48,110 nucleotides of DNA from Spirogloea muscicola (lineage: Eukaryota), in NCBI GenBank assembly GCA_009602725.1, contig WELB01000009.1, forward strand, positions 412,051-460,160. Direction: 5' to 3'. Position numbers and translations under genes: made by a program. Under the pieces are notes generated by a model, which was given only the letters and a program-made list of their open reading frames with translations, had not been told where the DNA came from and did not search any database. Below are positions 1 through 9,430 of this stretch, one piece after another (position 1 is the stretch's first letter; each line of letters starts with the position of its first letter).

Positions 1-1327
1 CCCCCAAAGGCCTCGCCGCCACCCCCCAAGACCCCCCCCCCAGCCACGGGGCTTCGCCACCCGCCACCTCCCACGCCCTGTACCAAGGGTGGCGCGCTGT
101 GCGGCGACCCTCGCCTGGTGGGCGGCGATGGCGTTGCCTTCTGGTTCCACGGCCGGCGCGATGCTGACTTCTGCATCGTATCAGACCGCAACCTGCACAT
201 CAACGCGCACTTCATCGGCAAGCCTGCCGCCGACGGCACGCACGACTTCACCTGGGTCCAGGTCCGCAACGACACTGCCTACCTCCAACATTAGCCCAAT
301 GTACCACGTCACTGTGCTGGTAGAGCGGCAAGTGTGCTCGTGTATATCTGCGTTGCCTGACAACTTTGTCGCCAATGATTTGTACAGGCGCTCGCTATCC
401 TTTTCGGCAAGCACAAGCTGTACGTGGGCACGCAGCAGGAGGCAAAGTGGCAGCCTAAGCACGATCACCTCGTCTTTGTTCTCGATGGCCAGGTACGAAG
501 TGCACTCACCCCCCAACTGCTCTTCCAAAAGCACAGCAAATGCTCGTTGGTCTTCTGTTCGGTCTGACTCATCTTCCCTTCTCCTCTGCTGCAGCCTCTG
601 ATGGAGGTAACACAGACCAATGCGGCTGGCATTTTCGAGGATGCGGCGTCGGGCGTGAAAATCACCCGCCCAGGCAGCGCCAACTTCGGCACTCTTGAAA
701 TCAAGGACTTGCTCAAGATCAGCTTTGAAGCACGCCCCATTAGCGTCACCAACTGGACTGCCGACAGCTGCTTCGTGCACATGGACACTGCCATGGAATT
801 CGGCCAGCTCTCTGGTGAGTCAGCGCAGAATCCTGCTTGCACTACGAACAGCTTCTTTGCGGGGCCAACACGGTGTGCTGATTGTCGAAGGAGACAATCC
901 TAGTCCATGCCTCTGGCAGTGCGCAACATCAGAGCCTGCATCCTGCAATCTGTTCTTTGAATCCGTTTCACTTGTGACCTGACTGGAAGCATGGCTATAT
1001 GGTGTCCCTGCAGGCCGTGCTGAGGGCGTGCTTGGCCAGACCTATCAGCGGTTGTGGTCGCCACCGGACCAGAAGGAGGGCTCCGACAAGCGGAGCTACA
1101 TCCTCCACGACGTCGACTCGTACACAACCACCTCTGTCTTCGCCTCAGACTGCGCCGTCAGCACCTTCGAGGGCCTGCCCTATGACATGGCCGCAGCAGC
1201 CACCAGCTGGCGCAAGTCCGTCATGGACGATGTGGAGGAGCCCGCCGACGCGGTAACTGGCAGCAGCAATGCGCTGCTGAAGTGCGCCAACGACAAGCTC
1301 AGCGGCGGCCTCAAGTGCATGAAGTGA
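1..1327 (+). CDS. Pro-rich Root_cap-domain (LEA-related/root cap) cell-wall protein, 5'-partial; exons 1-261, 388-492, 595-814, 1014-1327
   Basis: Frame 1 reads PPKASPPPPKTPPP...CGDPRLVGGDGVAFWFHGRRDADFCIVSDRNLHINAHFIGK...DFTWVQ|ALAILF. Later exons give DSCFVHMD..F..LS|GRAEGVLGQTY...YTTTSVFASDC. These match the plant root cap protein consensus as I recall it. All three introns are GT-AG with consistent phases; stop TGA at 1325-1327. Confidence 0.88.
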
Positions 1328-2384
1328 AGGACCGTGACCATGCATGCCTGAGCATCGCCTGCTGCTCGCCACGTTGGTGCTGGTCATCGTGCAGCCGACT
1401 ACATCACGGCAGATGTCCATCGAAAGACAGCGAAGGCCGCAGTGAATGAAAGACTATTGCAGTCTGATATAGCTATCTCCACCAAAACAACATGCTGCTG
1501 CCATGAGGCTTGCTCAACTCCCAGTACTTGGACCACTCTTGGCAACAAGAAGCAGTCCATCTGGCGATCCCAGAGGTCGATCTCACTCCTAAACACCCAA
1601 TCATCCATTGGGCACCTCCTAATCGCAGTACTGCACACAATAAGCGGGCATGACATGCCCTTCCTTCACCCTCCTCGTATAGACGTATCACCGTTTTGTG
1701 GTTGAGCGGCTGCACCAAAGGGTTGCGGTGCCTGCCCAACCCACCTAAGGTGTCTTCTGTGTACCTATTTACCATTCTTTCTCATCAGAGTGCCTCCCAC
1801 ATTCAATGGGCATCCAGTGACTTATCAGAACTCCAGCATTTGTCAAGCCTCCACTGCCAGCTAAATAAATCTTGATGATTGCACCAGGCATATTATTGTC
1901 GTAATAGCAGATAGTGGTTGCAGCAGCATCAGTAAGCCTAGCGCGCTTTGATGTTTTCACAGCCAATGGTTTCTTATATCCGAGTAGTCGAAGGGGGAGA
2001 CAGTGAACAGGACCTTCATCCCACATGAGAAAGAAGTAGAAATATGGCAAGAACATCTGCTAATAGAGCCAATTTGCAGGGTCTGATCAAAAATAGCCGT
2101 GCATCTGTCAACGTGGCAGCACCTCTGTGCGGGTAGAAGGGGTAATACAACTGGCCAAGATCGTATGGTATTCGCTTGGTAATAGGTCTGGTCCGTACTG
2201 GCTCGGAGAGGCAAATCTTAGCGCAAACTCGAGGGAAGACGGAAGGTAAATATGGATCAAAAGATTTCACAAAGCAGGATGACAAGAAACTGCCAAGCCA
2301 GTTCCGCATGGCGGAGCTGGGCGGCTGGAAGAGCTGCCATGAGGTGGGGGCGCCAGGACGCCAGGGCAGGCACCAAGGAGAAGA

Positions 2385-2606
2385 AGTCGCGCCTTGGCTG
2401 CTGCCTCCAGGTTCCGTCAGAGCGACGCTTTTCAGCCCTCGTTTAATTTGATCTGCAGAATTTGAGTAGTTATTGAGCGCCCACTTGCAGAAGTCACGGA
2501 GACTGCTTTCGTGCTTCTTGCACCTTCCGACCCTTTCAGACCTTGTATATGCCTTTGGGCTGGCCTCTCTCAACATTCCCCTACGTTTGAAGAGCTCTGT
2601 CTTCCA
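2385..2606 (+). mobile_element. Degenerate 3' end (ORF C-terminus plus 3' UTR) of a CRE-like non-LTR retrotransposon
   Basis: Translates SRALAAASRFRQSDAFQPS.. and, after a frameshift, DLQNLSSY*, paralleling GRALAAASGSVQGTHFQDPSISDLRLLSRNY* of the element at 9571-9690. Followed by TTGGGCTGGC...CCCCTA...GAAGAGCT, as in that element's 3' UTR. Confidence 0.7.
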
Positions 2607-3500
2607 GGACTATCACATGGACTGGAGTAGGACACGGCCAAGGTGCCCAAGACTCGTGCCTAGCGACCATGAGGGTGGGCAGATTAAGAGTTACGAGGGC
2701 GCACCAGAAATTTACCGAGCCATCCCATGAAGCGGGCGGCTGTTTCCCAGGGGGACACCTCCGTAGAGAAGAGGAGTGTGTGCTAGCAATGGCGGTAAAG
2801 ACACCGCGACTAACCAAGCAACTGCAGAGAACAACTGAGGACTCCCTTCGCTCTCACTTTCCCGCCCGCTTGGCTGTGAGGCTACCTGCCGTGTAGCGTC
2901 TCCTGGCACTAATACTCGTGCGTTTGTTGAGCTCTCATCCGTAGCGACTGCTCCGCCCCACTCAAGGAGCCACTACCTCTGCCTTATTTGCTCGAGAGTG
3001 GCCCCTTGTTAATCGTCCAGGCCCACCGAATTGTTGGTTGCAAGTTGTAGCGACGGTACTCATTGTTGAGGTGGCCACGGGGCTGAACAAAGAGACCCGA
3101 CAAGGGCTTGCCAGAAGGAAGAGGCCCACAAAATTCATGAGACTCAAGTGAATGTCTTTAAAATTTTCCTCGGGCCAGCTCGCTGCGGGTGCCAAGAGCG
3201 ATGCATCCGCCGGGCTGGGCTGGCGTCGAGCGGCCTTCCAGTGGATCCAGCACAATCTGAAAGCCGCGAGAGAACTCGCCGTACGCATGCCTCAAGACTT
3301 CTGACTCCGCTATGTGCGGCACCAACTGAGAGACCCCCGAGCGCTGAAGTCGACTCGCATGCATGCCGCCATTAGTGCAGCGGAGCGGGGTCCACCGACG
3401 GCGACCGCCGGCCGTCCGATCGGGGGGTTGTCCCCATCGGGGGGCGCCCTCCGCCCACGATGTAGATATCAGCAGATATCAACAGGTATATTTAATTGTA

Positions 3501-3545
3501 GCAGCCACATCCTTCCCCTTATATTGGAAGAGCTGTCATGTCTCT
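3501..3545 (+). repeat. Short terminal fragment of the same 3' end
   Basis: CAGCCAC...CCTTATATTGGAAGAGCTGT versus CAGCCAC..CCTTATGTTGGAAGAGCTGT at 3670-3698. Confidence 0.6.
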
Positions 3546-3573
3546 TTGCTCACTAGAGGATGATTTTCTTACG

Positions 3574-3708
3574 GAGCGCCCACTCGCAGGAGTCATGGAG
3601 AATACTCCCGTGCTTTTTGCGCTTTCCGGCCCTTCCAGACCTTGTACTTTCCGTTGGGCTGGCCTCTCACAGCCACTGCCTTATGTTGGAAGAGCTGTTG
3701 CTCTGTCA
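3574..3708 (+). repeat. Second copy of the retroelement 3' UTR
   Basis: 3574-3668 aligns ungapped to 2475-2569 with 79/95 identities by hand count; ends TTGGAAGAGCTG. Confidence 0.85.
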
Positions 3709-3910
3709 TTTCCGCCCGCCGGCCGGCCCGACGCCGCGGGATGGCGACGCGCACCGCCCCCCGCCTCGGGCTCCAGCTCCAGCTCGAGCTGCAGCCCGGC
3801 GACGGCGATGGCGACCCGAGCCGCGGGGCGCCCGGCGAGGCTCACGGGACGCCCCTCCCGACCGGCACAAGAAGCAGCTCTTCCATGTAACAGCCATGGC
3901 CTTACTTCAT

Positions 3911-3957
3911 TTCTGTTGGGCTGGCCTCTCACAGCCAATGCCTTACTTGGAATGAGC
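3911..3957 (+). repeat. Short terminal fragment of the same 3' end
   Basis: GTTGGGCTGGCCTCTCACAGCCA (3915-3937) is identical to 3653-3675, then continues ATGCCTTACTTGGAATGAGC. Confidence 0.8.
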
Positions 3958-4204
3958 CTATACTGTGAGCAAGGCTCTTCCAGTAGAGGGCGATGCCTTC
4001 GATCGGCCAGCGAACCGAAGCTCTGAAGCACACAGCGACCGTGTTGGCCACCGGGTTCTCGATATCCCTTGTGAGCAGCTGCAGGCCAGAGAAACTGATC
4101 TCCGGGCAGCGATAGCACAGCCCCAGTTGGGCGCCCAGCTTCTAGCTTTACATATCTGGCTTTGCTCGCAGCCTGCTGCCAGGCCGCTGCCGCAGGCCAC
4201 CGCT

Positions 4205-6540
4205 ATGGCCTCTGCGCCGAGGCCCGCGGCGGCCTTCTCGCCGCGGCGCAGCGGCCAGGCGGCGCCGCTGCTGGCCAACGCGCGCGTCCTGTGGCTGCGC
4301 CCCGCCGCCGGCGACCCCGTTATGCTGCTCGAGGATCGGGACACCGGCGACGTGCTCATGCCGCTCGTCTACATGAAGGTCCGACGGCAGCCAGCCAGCG
4401 GCGCCCCGCTTCTCAAGGGGCTCCTCGCTGTGGCCTTTTCCCGCTCATTGCTCGGCGACCGAATAGACGGACGCCACATTGGGCTGTTGAAGATTCCTCA
4501 GTTGGTGACAAGATGCCATCTATTCATACTGAACACGGTGCTCGTCCTAAGCTCCTGTGCTCCTGTGCCTTGCTGTGGCTCGCTGCAGAGCGTGTTCGCG
4601 GCCAACTACAGCCGCAAGCTGAGCAGCCTGAAGCACCGCCTGGTGCTCTGCAAGCAGCCAGCGGCCAGCGAGGCGGGCGTCCCAGCTGCAGGGCGCATCA
4701 GCAGCAAGGACTTCCTCTACTGGACGTGGGCATTTGAGGCCCCGCACGAAGTCAAGGTCCTGGCACGCCAGGCTCTCGGTGACGAGCAAGCGCCACAAGG
4801 CCACCTCCGCCTTATCCTGGTTGGCCAAACGGGATTCCACCTGCGCTGCTTGAGACTTCCTCTATCTCTTGGCACAGCCTCGAGCACGCGCTGAAGACTG
4901 TCTCGTCAGCAACACTGTTGCCTACGTTGTTGACCTCTTGGGTTGAACGAAATAATCCTCTGTTCCAGTAAGTAGCGTAAATGTGGCTGCCTGATCTGTA
5001 GCTGCTGGCATGTGCAGCTGCCGATCGTCTACAGTGCCATGGCACAGAAGAAAGCTCTTCGTGACATGCCATTCTTTCACGCCCTCCATCATGCCATGCG
5101 CGCATCCGCCTACTACAGGCTCGTCGAGCTCCTACCGACGTCTGTGCAGGTCTGCTTTTCCTTGCCTAGTGCAAGCGTGCAATATGAGAGCTTCACTTGT
5201 CAAAATCTTTACTTAGTCGATGGTCGAACACTGATGCACCTTGCCTTGTGCTGGTGGTTTCCAGGCCGAAGTGGACCTTGCCGATAGAGCGCAAGCAGAG
5301 GAGCAGAGCCTTCTGCAGGGGACTACACTCTCGCTTGGGCCCCTCCGGACCTGCCGGCAGGGAGCTGAAACCCCTGCAGCACCTCTGATGGCCTGTGGTC
5401 AGAGTGCTGACTACACACAGGGCGAGAGAGTGACCTTCAGCGGGCCCCATGACCTGGCCAAGACCTTGGATAAATACACGCTGTCCTATGCGCGGGCAGA
5501 AGGGTCTGACTACAACATCAGGTGCAATCCTGAGCTTCAGGCATGGTAATGCATGCATACCACTGCTATTAGAGCCTGCCCAGTTCCATTCAAGTCTCGA
5601 GCCTTTCCATGACTATGACATTATGCATCAGCGTGCCCGATTTCAAGAAGCGTGCCTTCCTTGGCATCCAAAGACGAGCTGAATGCCCAGCCCTCTTCAA
5701 CCAAACCCTCCATCCACCCCCCACCTCTGCCCACTTTGCAGCAAGCATGTTCGGCAGGCCTTCAACGCGATGCCTGCACATGAACACATAAAGTCGCTGC
5801 ACGTAAACGAGGAACAGGAGCATGTGGATGGCCATGCCACAACTGGGTCTCCTGAGTGCGCCCCTGAGACGCCAGTTCGCTTGTCCAAGCTACCGCTGCC
5901 TGTGTCGGGCATGCCAATGCAGCACGCCTACACAACAAGCACTGCTGCCTCACGTGCGCAGTGGCACCGCAAGAGGCCGAGCTCGCCTGTGCAGGCTACC
6001 AACTGCCATGTGCAAAGATGTGTCATCATGGAAGAGCAGGAACTTGAGAAGGGAGCTGTCGATGTTGACGAAGAAATAAGAATAAAGAGGTACCGGGGCA
6101 TCGTCTCACTTCACAGAGAGGTGAGCCGTTTACCTACTAGCTACCGTCGACTATGCAGCTTCTTGAACTTCTTTCACTGGCAGTTGTTTCATCTGCTATG
6201 TCAATCCCGATCTTGCAAATTCGCCGCTGGAGTAGCATGATCTCGTACTGCCATGTAAAAGCAAACCTCCGATGCTGAGCTTCCCTGGCACATCCGCATT
6301 CCGAATTCAAGTTGAACAAGCAGAGCCTGAAGTTGAACAAGCAGAGCCTGGTAAAAGGAACCTCTGCCTGTTTAGGGGTCAGTAGCTTACCCACTGTCGC
6401 TTTTGCAGCAGGAGGTGGACGTTGATGAGAGGTTGCAGGCAATGCAGAGAAGGATGCAGCAGCTAGTGAACGGCGCACTGTCGGAATTTAGGCTGCTATT
6501 CCGCTATGCCCGTCATAATGCTCACAACCGCCATGATTGA
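4205..6540 (+). CDS. Hypothetical protein of about 413 aa; exons 4205-4378, 4589-4756, 5018-5149, 5265-5521, 5742-6120, 6409-6540
   Basis: GC-rich coding-like segments joined by five GT-AG introns with compatible phases. Total 1242 nt from ATG to TGA. MASAPRPAAAF...YMK|SVFAANY...EVK|LPIVYS...VQ|AEVDL...YNIS|KHVRQAF...HRE|QEVDV...RHD*. No family recognised; exon model is manual. Confidence 0.65.
6309..6350 (+). repeat. 21-bp perfect tandem duplication in an intron
   Basis: AAGTTGAACAAGCAGAGCCTG x2. Confidence 0.9.
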
Positions 6541-6899
6541 CTTACAGCCTGATCCTTTGTAGACACCAATGTCTATACAAGGAGCAGTCAAATCAAAGGA
6601 TCTTCTTGTGCGTAAGCAGCAGTAGCAGATCGTACACCCATGCGTCGTGCAGATTGTATGTCTCTTGTTACTTCAAGAGCGCATTCACTTATGCAACCAG
6701 TCTGCTTGAGTGGTATCCGGCTTTCAGCAAAGAAGAAGTCATCCAAGGGCTTTGGACACAATCACAAGTGGCCAGCTTCAATGGGCTCCTAACACAAGTT
6801 GAACAGTAGGTGAGACTTGTACGAGTACATCGAAACACTAGCTGCCTGGTGGCGGTAGAGAATGTAGCTTTGTCTGGGAGCAGTGGCTTTTGCTGACCC

Positions 6900-7800
6900 G
6901 CACGACCGTCGTAGCATTGTGGTGGTACCACTTCCGGTAATCTCTTCCTCTGTAGAGTGGCTCATATAGAACACGGATGGCTTTATAAAGGGCAAGGCTG
7001 TAAGCCAACCTAAAGTGCTCAGGGAGGGTACTGAGAGCAGCCGAGCTAGGCCCAAGGTACCAGCTTTCATGCGGACTGTGCCTGGTCGGCTATGGTCACT
7101 TCCTCGCACAGGGAAAGTGCGATCAGCCTGCAGGCCATGTCGGTAAAGGGCACTTTGACGTACTCTGAATTGCTGTGCCGTTAGGAGGGTGGCCTTGGAC
7201 CGAAGTCAGGACAATGAGGGGCCAGCTGCCACTTGGGCATGCGCCAAACGGCTTTGGCTCCACCGTGGGGTTGACCCAATGAGTATGCTGGACGAAGGTG
7301 GCCACACCCAGCTCCCGACTACCAAGCAAGCTGGCCGAATGCCTCCAGTTGTGGGCAGCACCAACGAGGAGTTGCCTGCAAGAAGGCTGGCGCAAAGCTG
7401 GAGTGGCTCGGCTGCAACATAGCCAGTCTGTGCTGATGCAGTAGTGCGTCCTATGTGATTGCTTCCCAGATCTGGTGGAAGTAGGGCCATAAGTATACAA
7501 GCAGCTGCACGTCTGCAGACGTTCGCGCACGAAAATACACATTCAATCCTCGGCTGCCGGGGGGGATGTTACTTCCTGCTGGAAGGGTTGATCGTCATGT
7601 GAAGACAGAGGCGGGCGGGAAATACTGTCAAATCCAGCTCGGAAGTATGAGCATGGATTGGGAGGCTCACGAAGACTTTGTACTGGCAAAGATAACATGG
7701 AGAGGGCGTGAATCTTGGCCACAGAGGGACATGGATTAAGCTGGTCGGAGATGGTGGGGTCGCCGCTTTCCTGTTGCTGTCTGATGGGTAGTACTTGCCT
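6900..7800 (-). mobile_element. Highly degenerate CRE-like retrotransposon fragments
   Basis: Minus-strand motifs: PIRQ..ATPPSP (about 7746-7790; compare AIRQRPQYLTRATPPSP in the young copy), LVLPTTGGIRP (GGIRP at 7332-7346, RT domain 1-2 like), ARLLS....GWLTALP (6990-7047) and HHNA (6913-6924). Broken by frameshifts and stops. Confidence 0.5.
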
Positions 7801-8299
7801 TCCTCCCCTTGCGCCAGAGGTCGCTTATCTGTAGCACGTTAGGCGACGAAAGGAAGGGTGTGGATCACGTCAAGCGACTCCAAGCTCTGCTGTGGCGCTG
7901 AGGTTGACGATGTGAACTGCGTCGTGCAAGTCCACCAAGAGACCTGCAAATGTCATTTGTCGTGGGCCACCGTACACCGTGGATCACGGCCTTGTGGTTG
8001 CATGATACTGGCATAGTTGCAGTGCTATCTTCCTTGACAAGTTTCTCGCATATTAGAAAGGGATCATGTTAGAAAATTAACAGGTTTTTTTTTTCCCCAA
8101 AAACTGCTTCGGCTTCAACATCCGCAATATTTAAGTGTGCTTCCTCAACTCAAATCTCCACTCTTCATTGTGAGGTTTAGAGGTTTAGTCTCTCGCTTCT
8201 CTCCATAAGTTTCAAGTACACGAAATTCTTCCATAAGCTACTGGGTGAAGGAGGCTGAACTTTTGCCGTCATGGCCGTCATGGCCATGTGGCCGACTTG

Positions 8300-8450
8300 T
8301 GGCAAGCGGGCGGGCTTTGGAGCAGGCGACTAGTAGGCGTTCACAGGGGCCTATTTTTAACGTGGCCGCTCGTCGATTCCTGTTGAGCTGGCCTTCTGCA
8401 TCCATCGCCTCCTTCTGTATAGCACTTTTCCCTTCTGGTAGAGCATGACT
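8300..8450 (+). mobile_element. Degenerate CRE-like 3' end
   Basis: ASGRALEQATSRRSQGPIF resembles AGRALAAASGSVQGTHF, followed by TTGAGCTGGCC...TGGTAGAGCA resembling the shared 3' UTR. Confidence 0.45.
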
Positions 8451-9229
8451 CCATTCCCCTACATCGCAGCCGCAGTCCTCATGGAGCTTGTGGGCAATGA
8501 CCCGACCCCCTTCGCTTCTATTCCCGCCGAGCCGAATTCAGTGCGTCGCGCAGACAAGATGGCTCGCTTGGCTTGTTTCTTCCGCTGAAAGTAATGTGAT
8601 TGTGATGTCCTCTTCCTCGACTAACAGCCATTGCCTTTGCATACGTCAGCTGCAATGATGATAGTACACGTCCTTCAAAGCCACCAGTCTCCCCCTTACT
8701 CTTCCACTTTACGCCACTTCCTAGCATTTTCTCGGCTGCAATGCCTCTTTGAGGCATTGAGGCCCAAGTTAGCTTGTCAGATTTGTTTGTGCTCACCCGT
8801 GGGTATTAATGTCACCTTAGGCACCTTACTTTAGGTATATTTAGCCTTCTTTAGTCTGCAGTAGCCTTCGCCTGAACAATGTACTGGCTTGAATTGGCCT
8901 CCCTTTCAATTCATGCGCCCCGCGCGCCTTCTCTCTTTGAGGGGGTTGGCCCCTCAGCCTTACAATCCATTGCCAAACCACTGAGACTCCTCAGTCTACT
9001 ATCAGCACGTCAGTTGTAGTCGGGAGCTCGCCTTTCTGAAGCCAGCAAGTAATAATTCATTGATTGCCGTCTCTGCCAGAACATCCTGTGGTAAAGAGAG
9101 AGTCTAATCTGCCTTCACGAGGCTTGCTGCTGGTTTGCATTACCTCCACTTCTCTCCAAAATTGGAGTCGCTTGTGTCAACGAGTGAGTGCTACCTCGGC
9201 TTGGATTGTCATTCCATGCGCACCGCGCG

Positions 9230-9430
9230 CCTTGACACGCTATGCGAAGGATGCAGGCGCTGGCTGTGAAAGCGAACGAGCTCTGGCTGTCCATTCTTTC
9301 GCTGGCTTTTAACAGCCCTTGCCCCCTTGGGTTATATATGTTAGTCAATGTGCTTGCCATTGGACTTGGCCACACAGGCCCTCCATCACCTGATACACAC
9401 ACTTTCTCTTGGGAAGAGCTACTTTCTTTC
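9230..9430 (+). mobile_element. Degenerate CRE-like 3' end, tail-to-tail with the young copy
   Basis: AMRRMQALAVKA then (frameshift) ERALAVHS resembles ..ARALHLRAGRALAAAS; ends TTGGGAAGAGCT at about 9409-9420. Confidence 0.4.

Noticed and set aside
1770..2215. Minus-strand Cys-rich peptide (LPLLPAQRCCHVDRC..D) as a retroelement zinc knuckle
   Set aside because: Too degenerate to support by eye; could be revisited with a family consensus.
3686..3885. Conserved plant miRNA precursor
   Set aside because: Only about 11 bp pair, there is no match to conserved miRNA families I know, and retroelement tails explain the motif better.
2475..3957. CRISPR-like repeat array
   Set aside because: Eukaryotic context, irregular spacing, variable repeat length and orientation, no cas genes.
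5631..5791. Alternative terminal exon SVPDFKKRAF.. of the orphan gene
   Set aside because: Phase-compatible, but the acceptor is weak. The TTTGCAG acceptor at 5741 gives a longer, more coding-like continuation. RNA-seq is needed to exclude it.
8085..8094. T10 run as a Pol III terminator or retro poly(A) tail
   Set aside because: No A/B boxes, tRNA or snRNA upstream and no identifiable element attached.
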